From Azoarcus sp. (GTDB lineage Bacteria; Pseudomonadota; Gammaproteobacteria; Burkholderiales; Rhodocyclaceae): a DNA stretch of 63,718 nucleotides. The notes beneath the pieces are model-generated. The model made no database searches. It was given only the letters and a program-made list of their open reading frames with translations, and was not told where the DNA came from. Each line of letters begins with the position of its first letter. Within the stretch, counting starts at the first letter, position 1. Positions 1 through 9,709 of this stretch are shown here, piece after piece. Both the position numbers and the translations under genes were made by a program. The stretch covers positions 1 to 63,718 of the forward strand of contig JAITLI010000013.1 of NCBI GenBank assembly GCA_031277975.1. The letters run 5' to 3'.

Positions 1-2
1 AA

Positions 3-110
3 ACCGACCTCGACAGCATGCACCACCTGCGCCGCCTGCTCTCTCTCAATCTGGGCGATGCTTCCCTGCTGGAACGTGAGTTTTCGGTGTTGCTGGCAAC
101 GCATGCGTGA
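3..110 (+). CDS. 3' end of an unidentified CDS entering from the window edge
   Basis: Open frame [35 protein letters not shown] with GC3-rich codons and TGA at 108-110; too short to assign. Confidence 0.4.
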   Translation, partial: TDLDSMHHLRRLLSLNLGDASLLEREFSVLLATHA

Positions 111-792
111 GCGCGCCGCCTCGCGTCAGGAAGGTGTAGCTCCCGGTCCGGTTGGTATTGAGGCTGCCCGCGACCAGCGCGTTGGCGCCGCCATTGAGAA
201 AGGCGCCGTTGATGCCCGAGCCATCGAGTTCGTAGAAGGTATCGTTTCCGTTCGACCAGCCGGCGTAGGCGGAAACGCCGTGGCTCGCGCTGCCGGTGTC
301 CCACTGGATGTTGTCATAATTGAAAATGATGTCGAACTCACCGGCGCCGATGTCGGAGCGGTCGACGAGGATGAGCTGGAAGCTGTTGGGCTGCGAACCC
401 CCGCCGTAACGGCCGACGCCGATCCAGTTGACGCCGAAGGCACTATGTCCGTCGTATGCGCTCGTGCCATAAGTGACGATACCGCCGCGCGTGGTATCCA
501 CGTCGGCAAAGAACGGCGCGATGATCGGCGTGGTCGTTCCGCTCAGGCCATATGGCGTGTAGGTCGACAGCGGCTGATTGAATGTGACGTTGCCGTTGTT
601 ATTGACATACAGATGGCTGTAATCGGCACCAAAAAAGTTGATGGTGAAGCCGATATCCACGAGGCCGGTGGACCCGTCATCGTTTTTTGGGAGGGTGTTC
701 GAGTGGAAACCCGAAACGATCGCGCCGGCGAAGGCGCTTCCCGACACGAAAAGTCCGGTCACGAGCGTGGCAATCAGTTTGGTGCGTAACAT
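46..792 (-). CDS. Secreted nidogen-like (NIDO) domain protein, PEP-CTERM-type but lacking the sorting tail
   Basis: Signal peptide (..SGSAFA), [34 protein letters not shown] and [12 protein letters not shown] motifs; RBS AAGGAG. Confidence 0.85.
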   Translation of the reverse strand: MLRTKLIATLVTGLFVSGSAFAGAIVSGFHSNTLPKNDDGSTGLVDIGFTINFFGADYSHLYVNNNGNVTFNQPLSTYTPYGLSGTTTPIIAPFFADVDTTRGGIVTYGTSAYDGHSAFGVNWIGVGRYGGGSQPNSFQLILVDRSDIGAGEFDIIFNYDNIQWDTGSASHGVSAYAGWSNGNDTFYELDGSGINGAFLNGGANALVAGSLNTNRTGSYTFLTRGGALTHALPATPKTHVPAGKHRPD

Positions 793-842
793 ACCGTCTC
801 CTTGGGGGGAAATAAGCCATGAAATCTTGGCGCAGGGGATAG

Positions 843-858
843 AGCAAGTTCAATGCCT
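843..858 (-). promoter_or_regulatory. Sigma-54 promoter of the NIDO gene
   Basis: Minus strand AGGCATTGAACTTGCT = GG-N10-GC. Confidence 0.7.
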
Positions 859-921
859 GCGGGAGAACACATTGAATATAGGCATTATTTATATTCATCA
901 AATGTCGACTATATGTGTTGA

Positions 922-938
922 TGTAAGAAAAACCGACA
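922..938. promoter_or_regulatory. PEP-CTERM-associated enhancer box (TGT-N11-ACA)
   Basis: TGTAAGAAAAACCGACA, nearly the same as the box at 14375-14391; an AT-rich spacer separates it from the sigma-54 site. Confidence 0.75.
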
Positions 939-1045
939 ATTCCGCCTCCGGACGCCAACAGGTCGCGCACGGCGGCCAGTTCGGCTAATCTTGCCTGTCC
1001 GCCGGACAACGGCAGAAACAGGACGAACCGCACACCCCCGCCACC

Positions 1046-2182
1046 ATGAACGCCTCGGCTACCACCGGCAGTATCGAATTGCGCAGCGCACAGGACGCGC
1101 CCGTCCTGTGCGTCGGCGGGCAGTGGACGCTTTCCCACTACCCGGCGCTCGCCGCCCGCGTCGCCGCCCTGCGCGGCAAGGCCGGGCCGCAGGCGCGCAT
1201 TGATTTCTCCGGCCTGACCGCGCTCGATACCGCCGGCGCGCGCCTGCTGTGCGAATTGACCGGCGCTGGCGCCCTGAGAAGCCAGCTTGCCGATGCCGCG
1301 CTCGCGCCCGGGCAGCGCGCCTTGCTGGAGGCGGTCGCCGCGGCGCTCGACGGCCCCGCCGCGCCGCGGGGCGAGGGCTACCGCTTCGGCGATGTGCTGG
1401 CGCATGCCGGCGAGGCCGTCGTGGCGTTCTTGCGGCATGTCGTCGCCTTGCTCGGTTTCATCGGCATCACGTGCGAGGGGCTGGCGCGCACGGTATGGCG
1501 GCCATGGCGCTGGCGCGTGACCGCGACGGTCGCCAGCCTGGAGCGGAGCGGTTTCGACGCCGTGCCCATCGTGGCGCTGTTGACGTTTCTCGTCGGCGCG
1601 GTGGTGGCGTTTCTCGGCGCGACCGTGCTCGCCAATTTCGGCGCGACGATCTATACCGTCAGCCTGGTTTCGTATGCGTTCCTGCGCGAGTTCGGCGTAC
1701 TGCTCGCGGCCATTCTCGTGGCCGGGCGCACCGCCAGCGCCTTCGCCGCCCAGATCGGTTCGATGCGCGCCAACGAAGAAATCGACGCGCTGCGCGTGCT
1801 CGGACTCGATCCGGTGGAATTGCTGGTGCTGCCGCGGGTGCTGGCGATGCTGCTGGCGCTACCCATCCTCACCTTCCTGGCCATCGTCTGCGGCATCGCG
1901 GGCGGCATGAGCGTGTGCGCGCTGCGGCTCGGCATCGCGCCGGAGATGTTCCTCTCGGTGCTCGCCAACGATATCGCGCCGCGCCATTTTTTCATTGGCA
2001 TGGCCAAGGCGCCGATTTTCGCCTTCCTCATCGCCGTGATCGGCTGTCTCGAAGGTTTCCGGGTCAGCGGCAGCGCGCAGTCGGTGGGCGAACACACCAC
2101 TTCGGCGGTGGTGCAGTCGATTTTCACCGTCATCGTGGCCGATGCCGTCGCGGCGCTGTTCTGCATGGAGATGGGTTGGTGA
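1046..2182 (+). CDS. MlaE-family ABC permease with N-terminal STAS domain
   Basis: LDTAGA STAS motif; LREFGVLLAAILVAGRTASAFAAQIGSMRANEEIDAL. Confidence 0.93.
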   Translation: MNASATTGSIELRSAQDAPVLCVGGQWTLSHYPALAARVAALRGKAGPQARIDFSGLTALDTAGARLLCELTGAGALRSQLADAALAPGQRALLEAVAAALDGPAAPRGEGYRFGDVLAHAGEAVVAFLRHVVALLGFIGITCEGLARTVWRPWRWRVTATVASLERSGFDAVPIVALLTFLVGAVVAFLGATVLANFGATIYTVSLVSYAFLREFGVLLAAILVAGRTASAFAAQIGSMRANEEIDALRVLGLDPVELLVLPRVLAMLLALPILTFLAIVCGIAGGMSVCALRLGIAPEMFLSVLANDIAPRHFFIGMAKAPIFAFLIAVIGCLEGFRVSGSAQSVGEHTTSAVVQSIFTVIVADAVAALFCMEMGW

Positions 2183-2988
2183 GCGCGGGGCGGACGGGCG
2201 AGGTTCTCGTCGAGGCGCGCGGCGTGCGCAACCAGTTCGGCGCGCAGGTGGTGCACGACGGACTCGATCTGGAGCTGCGGCGCGGCGAGATTCTCGCCAT
2301 CGTCGGCGGCTCGGGCACGGGTAAATCGGTGTTGTTGCGCACGCTCATCGGCCTCAACCGTCCCGCCGCAGGGACGGTGCGCATGTTCGGGCAGGATTTG
2401 CATGTCCTGCCGCCGGGCGGGCGCGCCGCGCTGGCGCGCCGCTTCGGCGTGCTTTTCCAGCAGGGGGCGCTGTTTTCCTCGCTCACCGTGGCCGAGAATG
2501 TCGCCCTGCCGCTGATCGAGCATGTCCGCCTGCCCGCCGCCGAGGCCGCGCGCCTCGCCGCGCTCAAGATCGCGCTGGCCGGGCTGCCGCCGGAGGCAGG
2601 CGGCAAGCTGCCGGCGGCGCTTTCGGGCGGCATGGTCAAGCGCGCGGCGCTGGCGCGCGCACTGGCGCTCGACCCCGACATTCTTTTTCTCGACGAGCCG
2701 ACCGCCGGACTCGATCCCATTGGCGCGGCAGCTTTCGACCAGTTGATCCTGACCCTGCGCGACGCGCTCGACCTCACAGTCTTTCTCGTCACCCACGATC
2801 TCGATACCCTTTACACCATTGTCGACCGGGTGGCCGTGCTGGCGCGCCGGCGCGTGCTGGTCAGCGGCGTGCTGGCGGCGGTTGCCGCTGTCGACGATGC
2901 CTGGATTCACGATTATTTCCATGGCCCACGCGGCCGCGCCGCCTTGTCGGCGACACAGGGGCGCCAGCCCGCAAGCGGAGGGAACTGA
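2179..2988 (+). CDS. MlaF-family ABC ATP-binding protein
   Basis: GTG overlaps the upstream stop; GGSGTGKS, LSGGM, FLDEPTAGLDP, VTHD. Confidence 0.93.
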   Translation: MSAGRTGEVLVEARGVRNQFGAQVVHDGLDLELRRGEILAIVGGSGTGKSVLLRTLIGLNRPAAGTVRMFGQDLHVLPPGGRAALARRFGVLFQQGALFSSLTVAENVALPLIEHVRLPAAEAARLAALKIALAGLPPEAGGKLPAALSGGMVKRAALARALALDPDILFLDEPTAGLDPIGAAAFDQLILTLRDALDLTVFLVTHDLDTLYTIVDRVAVLARRRVLVSGVLAAVAAVDDAWIHDYFHGPRGRAALSATQGRQPASGGN

Positions 2989-2991
2989 GAG

Positions 2992-3924
2992 ATGGAAACC
3001 CGTGCGCATCACATGCTGATCGGTCTTTTTACCGTTTTCGCGCTGGGCGCGGCGCTCGCTTTCGCCTTGTGGATGGGGCGTTCCGGCAGCGACAGCCATT
3101 TCAATGTCTATGATATCGTGTTCGACGAGGCCGTCTCCGGCCTGTCGAAAGGCAGCGCAGTCGAATTCAAGGGCATCCGGATCGGCGCGGTCGACGACTT
3201 GCGCCTCGATCCCGCCGACCCGCGCCGGGTCAGGGCGCGCGTCCACATCGACAGCGCCGCGCCGGTCTATGAGGACACCCGCGCCCGCCTGCATACGGCC
3301 AGCATCACCGGCCTGTCGACCATCCGCCTCACCACGGGCAGCGGCGCGCCCCTGCGTCCGCGGCCCGGCGAAATCCCGCTCATCGGCACCGAGCCTTCCT
3401 CGCTCAGCAAGCTGCTCGACGGCGGCGAGGACGTGATCGCCAACGTCAACGGCGCCTTGGTCAACGTCCAGAGACTGTTCTCGCGGGACAATATCGCCAG
3501 CATTGGTCACAGCCTGGAAAACCTCGAACGCACCACAGCCGCGCTGGCCGCCGAACGCGACGAGATACGCCAGGCGCTGCGCCAGCTCGCCCGCGCCAGC
3601 GAGCAGGCCAACGCGGTGCTCGGGGATGCGTCGCAACTGCTGCGCGCGGCCAATCGCCTGCTCGACGAACAGGGCCGCACCGCGCTCGACAGTGCGCAAC
3701 GCGCGATGTCCGCGCTCGAACGCACGACGCAATCCGTCGAAAAATTGCTCACCGACAACCACGCGCCGCTCAATGCCGGTCTCGCCGCCCTGGCCGATCT
3801 CGGCCCCGCCGTCACCGAACTGCGCGCTACGCTGGCATCATTGCGCGTTATCGCCCGCCGCCTCGAAGAGCGCCCCGCCGATTATCTCCTCGGCCTCGAA
3901 CCTACCCGGGAGTTCAAGCCATGA
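2992..3924 (+). CDS. MlaD/MCE-family protein
   Basis: METRAHHMLIGLF TM anchor; VSGLSKGSAVEFKGIRIGAV MCE motif; helical C-terminus. Confidence 0.92.
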   Translation: METRAHHMLIGLFTVFALGAALAFALWMGRSGSDSHFNVYDIVFDEAVSGLSKGSAVEFKGIRIGAVDDLRLDPADPRRVRARVHIDSAAPVYEDTRARLHTASITGLSTIRLTTGSGAPLRPRPGEIPLIGTEPSSLSKLLDGGEDVIANVNGALVNVQRLFSRDNIASIGHSLENLERTTAALAAERDEIRQALRQLARASEQANAVLGDASQLLRAANRLLDEQGRTALDSAQRAMSALERTTQSVEKLLTDNHAPLNAGLAALADLGPAVTELRATLASLRVIARRLEERPADYLLGLEPTREFKP

Positions 3925-4601
3925 TCCGCCATCGCGCTTGTCGCGCCGGCCTGGGCGCGCTGTGCGTCCTGCTGTCCACGGCGTGTTCGATCCTGCCCGC
4001 GCCGCAGCCCGTCGATGTTTACCTGCTGCCCGCGGCCATCCCGAAACCGGCGGACGGCGACAGCGCCCCCCGCCCATGGTCGCTGCGTATCGCCCGGCCG
4101 GAGACAGGCGGGCAATTGCTCGGGCAGCGCATCCTCGTCATTCCCGAGCAGAACCGGGTCAGCGTCTACAAAGGCGCGAACTGGCACGAACCCGCGCCAC
4201 TGCTCATGCGCAACCGCTTGTTCGACGCATTCCGCGAGGATGGCCGCGTCAGCGCCCTGTCAACCGATGAAATGCGCGCCTTCGCCGATCTCGAACTCCT
4301 CAGCGACCTGAACACCTTCCACAGCGAATATCGCCAGGGCGGCGCTTCTCTTCCGGAGGCGGTCATCCGGCTCGATGTCCGCCTGATCGACACCGCCAGC
4401 CGCCGCATCGTCGCCAGCCGCGTCTTCGAGCGCCGGGCCGCCGCCGCCGCCAGCGCGGTTCCCGCCGTCGTCGCGGCTTTTGGCTCCGCCGCCGACCAGC
4501 TCGCCGCCGAACTGGTGGCGTGGACGATCGCGCGGGGCGATGTGGCGCAAAACACGGACACGGCGCATTCCGCGCCGGGCGCCGATTCTTTCGGGCAGTG
4601 A
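3921..4601 (+). CDS. ABC-type transport auxiliary lipoprotein (PqiC-like)
   Basis: Lipobox LSTAC; last gene of the MCE operon with ATGA overlap. Confidence 0.85.
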   Translation: MIRHRACRAGLGALCVLLSTACSILPAPQPVDVYLLPAAIPKPADGDSAPRPWSLRIARPETGGQLLGQRILVIPEQNRVSVYKGANWHEPAPLLMRNRLFDAFREDGRVSALSTDEMRAFADLELLSDLNTFHSEYRQGGASLPEAVIRLDVRLIDTASRRIVASRVFERRAAAAASAVPAVVAAFGSAADQLAAELVAWTIARGDVAQNTDTAHSAPGADSFGQ

Positions 4602-4637
4602 AGGCAAACAGGCGTTTATTTTTCGGAGTCTATTTTC

Positions 4638-7600
4638 GTGCGGAAATATCAGGACAAATATTTCAGTTTCACTTACGAAGATCTCGTCAATTGGCTGGGA
4701 CAGAAGATCATCACGCGCGGTGAAACATATTTGCGGGAAGGGCGGGTCGAGCGCGCTGAATACGAGTACCCTACATTGGCCGCCATCGTAAACGGCGATG
4801 CCGGTCAATCTTATAAAGTGCGCGCGGAGATCACGCGCCATGGCATCCTGGGGGTTTGTTCCTGCTCCCAGGGCCATAACTGCGAACATGTGGCGGCGGC
4901 GTCCCTGAAGATACTGGAAATATTCCAGATGCCGGAACGGCGGGACGAGGTGGTTTCTCCGTATCTGCTCGCATGGCTCACCGAATTGCGCCAGATCGCC
5001 CGGTCGGATGGGGCGCCTCCCAGGAAACGCAAGGGCGCGCCGCCGGCGCGGCTTTTCTACCGTCTCGAAATATCACCCAACACGGTGTTGTTGTACATCC
5101 AGAAAGGAAACAGCCTGAAATTGGCGCGCAATTGGTCTTTGACCGAGCGCGCCCTCGTGGCGCCGCCGAAATTCGTCTCGGAAAATGATTTGCCCATTCT
5201 CCGCCGGCTCTGGAGCTTGCAGCGAAAGTCGTATACAAATCGCTATGGTGACAACGGCGATGACGACGATTATTATGACGATATTTATGGTGATTATTAC
5301 GGCGACGCCTCCATTATGCTTCCGCCGCGCACCAACATCGGCGATTTGCTGGAACTGCTCATCGACAGCGAACGCTTGGGCGCGGATCGCATGGAGGAGG
5401 TTCTCAAGAAAGGTGCGCCTCGTCCCGCGCGGATCGCCTGGAAACCGGGAAGCGGAGGTTCACAGCGCCCCAAGGTCGAAGTCGACGCCGCGATCGCCGC
5501 CTCTACCCAGGTACTTCCGCTCCTGCCGCCGTGGTATCTGGATCGAAGCACTGGAGAACTCGGCCCGCTGGAGGTCGCCCTGCCCGCCGCGTTTGTCGAA
5601 AAGTTCCTGACCCTGCAACCCATTTCCAGGCGCGAGGCCGCACTGGTCGCCGAAACGCTGGCCGAAATCTCGCCGCAAGCGCCCTTGCCCCTGTCCGATC
5701 CGAAAACGGCATGCCGCGTATTGACGGGGCCGCCGCTGGGGGAATTGCAGCTTGATACGCTCGATGGCGTCTACATGCAACAGCAAGCGGGCGGCAGCTA
5801 CAAGTCCAGCAAATTCGATTACGCCACGATAGCTTTCCTTTACGGTGAAGCGCACGTGCCGCCCGGCGATATGCGCGAATATATTACGCTGAAAAGCAGC
5901 GAAGTCGTCCGGCTGCAACGCGATCACAAAGCCGAAAAGAAACTGGTGCAAACCCTGCTCAAATCGTTCGACTTTCACTCGACGCCTTCTCATAGACTAT
6001 ATTTCTTGCCCGATCGAATGCATCCCACGGAAATCTATACTCTGCCTTCGGAAGAAAACTGGCTTCATTTCATGCAGAACCGCAAGAAACTGGAACAATC
6101 CGGCTGGCGGCTCCTGTTCAAACCGGGCTTTCGCCACCATTATCTGGAAGTCGAATCCTGGGAAGCGGACATCGACGAAACCGGGGAAGGCTGGCTATCC
6201 CTCGATCTGGGCGTGGTGGTCGAAGGCGAGCGCCTGGCGCTCGCGCCCCTGCTGGCGGACCTCTTCCGCCGGGAACCGCGCTGGCTGAATGCGTACACCC
6301 TCGCCAGCATCCCTCCCGAAGAACCCGTGACGCTGATGACCGAAGACGAGCGCCGCCTGCGCGTGCCCGCCGGGCGGCTGCAACCCATCGTACATGTATT
6401 GATCGACCTTTTCGCGGGTTCGGGCTACGAGAACGGCCCATTGCAACTTTCCCGCTGGGACGCCGCGCGCCTGGACGAATTCCAAGACCAATCCCGCTGG
6501 AAATTCAAGGGGCCGGAAGCCGTCATTCGGCTCGCCGAGCGTCTGCGCAACAGCCATGGCGTGCAGGATGTCGCGCCGCCGCAAGGCTTGCGGCTCGCCC
6601 TGCGCGACTACCAGCGCGCTGGCCTGGCCTGGCTGCAATACCTGCGCGAACAGGATTTGGCGGGCATCCTCGCCGACGACATGGGCTTGGGCAAAACCGC
6701 GCAAGCGCTGGCGCACATCCTGCTGGAAAAAGAAGCGGGCCGCCTGGACGCCCCCGTCCTGGCGGTCCTGCCCACCTCGCTCGTCTTCAACTGGAAAAAC
6801 GAAACCGCCCGCTTCGCCCCCTCGCTCAAAGTCTTGAGCCTGTACGGCAAGGAACGCAAGGAGCGCTTCGCCGAAATACCGGGACACGACATCGTACTCA
6901 CCACCTACCCGCTCCTCTGGCGGGACGGCGAAGCGCTCGGGCGGCACGAATATCATATGCTCATCCTGGATGAAGCCCAGACCGTCAAAAATTTCCGCAG
7001 CAAGAGCGCCGAAACCGTCCGCCAGATCAAGGCAAGGTACCGCCTCTGCCTGACCGGCACCCCGCTGGAAAACCATCTGGGAGAACTGTGGGCGCAATTC
7101 GATTTCCTTTTGCCCGGTTTTCTCGGCAGCCACAAGGATTTCGTCCGCATCTGGCGCACGCCCATCGAAAAGCAGGGCGACACACTGCGCCGCGACCTGC
7201 TCGCGCGCCGGTTGCGCCCTTTCATCCTGCGCCGCAAGAAAGACGAAGTCGCCGCGGAACTTCCCCCGAAAACCATCACCGTGCGCACTGTGGAACTCTC
7301 CGGCACGCAACGCGACCTCTACGAAACCGTGCGGGCGGCCATGGACGAAAAAGTGCGCGCGGAAATCGCCAGCAAGGGCTTCAAGCGCAGCCAGATCGTC
7401 ATCCTCGACGCGCTGCTGAAACTGCGGCAAGTTTGCTGCGACCCGCGCCTGATCAAATCCGCCACGGCCAAAAAAATAAAAGAACGCGCCAAGCTGAATC
7501 TCCTCATGGACATGCTGCCGGAACTCGTGGACGAAGGGCGGCGCATCCTCGTCTTCTCGCAATTCACCGCCATGCTCGACCTGATCGAAGCCGAACTTCT

Positions 7601-8009
7601 CGGCCTCCAGATCCCCCACGTGCGCCTGGATGGCGAAACGCGTGACCGGGAAACACAGGTCAAGACCTTCCAGGAAGGCAAAGCGCCGGTTTTCCTGATC
7701 AGCCTCAAGGCGGGCGGCGTCGGGCTGAACCTCACGGCGGCGGACACCGTGATCCACTATGACCCCTGGTGGAATCCCGCCGTGGAAAACCAGGCCACCG
7801 ACCGCGCCCACCGCCTGGGCCAGGACAAACCCGTATTCGTCTACAAACTCATCGCCGCCGGTAGCATCGAGGAGAAAATCCTTGCCCTGCAAGAGCGCAA
7901 GGCGGCTCTCGCGGCGAGCATCCTCGCGGAGGGGCACCAGGGCGACATCAAATTCAGCGAAGCGGACATCGCCGCGCTGTTCGAACCGCTGCCGGAAGCA
8001 GACCGGTAG
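4638..8009 (+). CDS. SNF2-family helicase with N-terminal SWIM zinc finger
   Basis: CSC..CEH SWIM; LADDMGLGKT, LDEAQ, LTGTPLEN, LVFSQF, LKAGGVGLNL, QATDRAHRLGQ. Confidence 0.93.
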   Translation: MRKYQDKYFSFTYEDLVNWLGQKIITRGETYLREGRVERAEYEYPTLAAIVNGDAGQSYKVRAEITRHGILGVCSCSQGHNCEHVAAASLKILEIFQMPERRDEVVSPYLLAWLTELRQIARSDGAPPRKRKGAPPARLFYRLEISPNTVLLYIQKGNSLKLARNWSLTERALVAPPKFVSENDLPILRRLWSLQRKSYTNRYGDNGDDDDYYDDIYGDYYGDASIMLPPRTNIGDLLELLIDSERLGADRMEEVLKKGAPRPARIAWKPGSGGSQRPKVEVDAAIAASTQVLPLLPPWYLDRSTGELGPLEVALPAAFVEKFLTLQPISRREAALVAETLAEISPQAPLPLSDPKTACRVLTGPPLGELQLDTLDGVYMQQQAGGSYKSSKFDYATIAFLYGEAHVPPGDMREYITLKSSEVVRLQRDHKAEKKLVQTLLKSFDFHSTPSHRLYFLPDRMHPTEIYTLPSEENWLHFMQNRKKLEQSGWRLLFKPGFRHHYLEVESWEADIDETGEGWLSLDLGVVVEGERLALAPLLADLFRREPRWLNAYTLASIPPEEPVTLMTEDERRLRVPAGRLQPIVHVLIDLFAGSGYENGPLQLSRWDAARLDEFQDQSRWKFKGPEAVIRLAERLRNSHGVQDVAPPQGLRLALRDYQRAGLAWLQYLREQDLAGILADDMGLGKTAQALAHILLEKEAGRLDAPVLAVLPTSLVFNWKNETARFAPSLKVLSLYGKERKERFAEIPGHDIVLTTYPLLWRDGEALGRHEYHMLILDEAQTVKNFRSKSAETVRQIKARYRLCLTGTPLENHLGELWAQFDFLLPGFLGSHKDFVRIWRTPIEKQGDTLRRDLLARRLRPFILRRKKDEVAAELPPKTITVRTVELSGTQRDLYETVRAAMDEKVRAEIASKGFKRSQIVILDALLKLRQVCCDPRLIKSATAKKIKERAKLNLLMDMLPELVDEGRRILVFSQFTAMLDLIEAELLGLQIPHVRLDGETRDRETQVKTFQEGKAPVFLISLKAGGVGLNLTAADTVIHYDPWWNPAVENQATDRAHRLGQDKPVFVYKLIAAGSIEEKILALQERKAALAASILAEGHQGDIKFSEADIAALFEPLPEADR

Positions 8010-8020
8010 CGGGCCAAATT

Positions 8021-8092
8021 CCAGGTACCAGGAATCGGGTATCAGGGATCGGATTCAAGGCGGGTGGGCGCGTATCTGATTCCTGATGCTGG
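8021..8092. repeat. Degenerate heptamer (YCAGGRA-like) tandem repeats in inverted arrangement
   Basis: ccaggta ccaggaa tcgggta tcaggga tcggatt ... tatctga ttcctga. Confidence 0.55.
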
Positions 8093-8146
8093 ACGACGAG
8101 CGGTCGCTGGGCGAGAATCGGAAATTATTTTCTTCCCGATCCGGTG

Positions 8147-8980
8147 ATGAAGCTGCGTTTTACCAAAATGCATGGGCTGGGCAACGATTTCGTGCTCATC
8201 GACGCCACGCGCGCGCCCGTGGACTTAAATCCGGCGCGCGTGCGCGCGCTCGCCGATCGCCACTTCGGCATTGGTTGCGATCAATTGCTGGTGGTCGAGC
8301 CGCCAACCCGCGCCGACGCCGATTTCCGCTACCGCATTTTCAATGCCGATGGCGGCGAGGTGGAGCAGTGCGGCAATGGCGTGCGCTGTTTCGCGCGTTT
8401 CGTGTACGACAAGGGACTTACCGGCAAACGCACGATCCGGGTCGAAACCCGCGCCGGCATCATCGCGCCGACGCTCACCGGCGATGGCTTGGTCACGGTC
8501 GACATGGGCGTGCCGGTATTCGATCCGGCGCGCATTCCATTCACGTCCCGCTCGGATGCCGTCGTCCAGCCGCTCGATGTCGATGGACAGACGGTGGCGA
8601 TCACGGCGCTGTCGATGGGCAATCCGCATGCGGTGCAGGTCGTGGCTGATGTCGCGGGCGCGCCAGTGGCGGAGCTGGGCGCGCGGCTCGCTTCGCATCC
8701 GGATTTCCCGGCGCGGGTCAATGCCGGTTTTGCCGAGGTGGTCGATGCGCACCATATCCGCCTGCGGGTGTATGAGCGCGGGGCGGGCGAGACGCTTGCC
8801 TGCGGTACTGGCGCTTGCGCGGCGGCGGTCGCGGTCATCTTGCGCGGCCTTGCCAGCTCGCCCGTGCGTGTCGATACCCGTGGCGGCAGACTCGATATCG
8901 CCTGGGCCGGGCCGGGCGGGCCGGTATTGATGACCGGCCCGGCGGTGACGGTGTTCGAGGGCGAAATCTCGTTGCAATGA
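8147..8980 (+). CDS. dapF: Diaminopimelate epimerase
   Basis: [29 protein letters not shown]. Confidence 0.97.
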   Translation: MKLRFTKMHGLGNDFVLIDATRAPVDLNPARVRALADRHFGIGCDQLLVVEPPTRADADFRYRIFNADGGEVEQCGNGVRCFARFVYDKGLTGKRTIRVETRAGIIAPTLTGDGLVTVDMGVPVFDPARIPFTSRSDAVVQPLDVDGQTVAITALSMGNPHAVQVVADVAGAPVAELGARLASHPDFPARVNAGFAEVVDAHHIRLRVYERGAGETLACGTGACAAAVAVILRGLASSPVRVDTRGGRLDIAWAGPGGPVLMTGPAVTVFEGEISLQ

Positions 8981-9017
8981 CACAGGCCCGGCCTGGAAGA
9001 ACTTTTCCCACGCACGC

Positions 9018-9707
9018 ATGATGATTACGAAAATGCCCCTACCGGAAAATGGCGCGATGAGCGCCGAAGACGTCGTGCGCTACTTGCGCGCGCATCCCGA
9101 TTTCCTTTCCGAGCACAGCGAATTGCTGACCGTGCTCACCGTGCCGCATCCGCGCCACGGGAAGGCGATTTCCCTGACCGAACGCCAGCTCCACGCCCTG
9201 CGCGGCAAGATCCAGCAACTGGAGCAGAAGCTTGCCGAATTGATCCGGTTCGGCGAGCAAAACGACGACATCAGCGAGAAAGTGCAGCGCCTCGCCGTGG
9301 CGCTGCTCGAAGCGAATGGTTACGACGGCGTGCGCCGCGCGCTCTTCGCCAGCATGCAGGAGGATTTTTCCGTGCCGCATGTGGCCTTGCGCCTCTGGAA
9401 CAGCGTGCTGGCGCGCGAAGGAAACGAGTTCTCGCCGGTGAGCGAGGGAGTGCGTCTTTTCGCGGGCGACATGCGCCGGCCTTATTGCGGCGCGCCGGGC
9501 AATATCGAGGTGCTGGGCTGGTTCGGTGAAATGGCGCCCCATATCCGTTCGGTGGCGCTGATGCCGTTGCGGCGGAATACGCAGACGGTAGGCATGCTCG
9601 CGCTGGGAAGCGAGGAGAGCGAGCGTTTCTACAGCGAAATGGGTACGCTCTATCTCGAACGCATTGGCGCATTGGCATCGTCGGCGCTGCTTGGCGAGAT
9701 CGGTTGA
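9018..9707 (+). CDS. DUF484 family protein (start may be 9057)
   Basis: YLRAHPDF..VPHP..AISLTERQ, MGTLYL; conserved dapF-DUF484-xerC order. Confidence 0.88.
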   Translation: MMITKMPLPENGAMSAEDVVRYLRAHPDFLSEHSELLTVLTVPHPRHGKAISLTERQLHALRGKIQQLEQKLAELIRFGEQNDDISEKVQRLAVALLEANGYDGVRRALFASMQEDFSVPHVALRLWNSVLAREGNEFSPVSEGVRLFAGDMRRPYCGAPGNIEVLGWFGEMAPHIRSVALMPLRRNTQTVGMLALGSEESERFYSEMGTLYLERIGALASSALLGEIG

Positions 9708-9709
9708 GA

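Noticed and set aside
1651..3762. 703-aa minus-strand ORF and similar long antisense ORFs (12261-14408, 18815-21577, 42682-44280, 54259-56322, 57926-59443)
   Set aside because: Shadow frames of well-supported genes in high-GC DNA; no recognisable motifs
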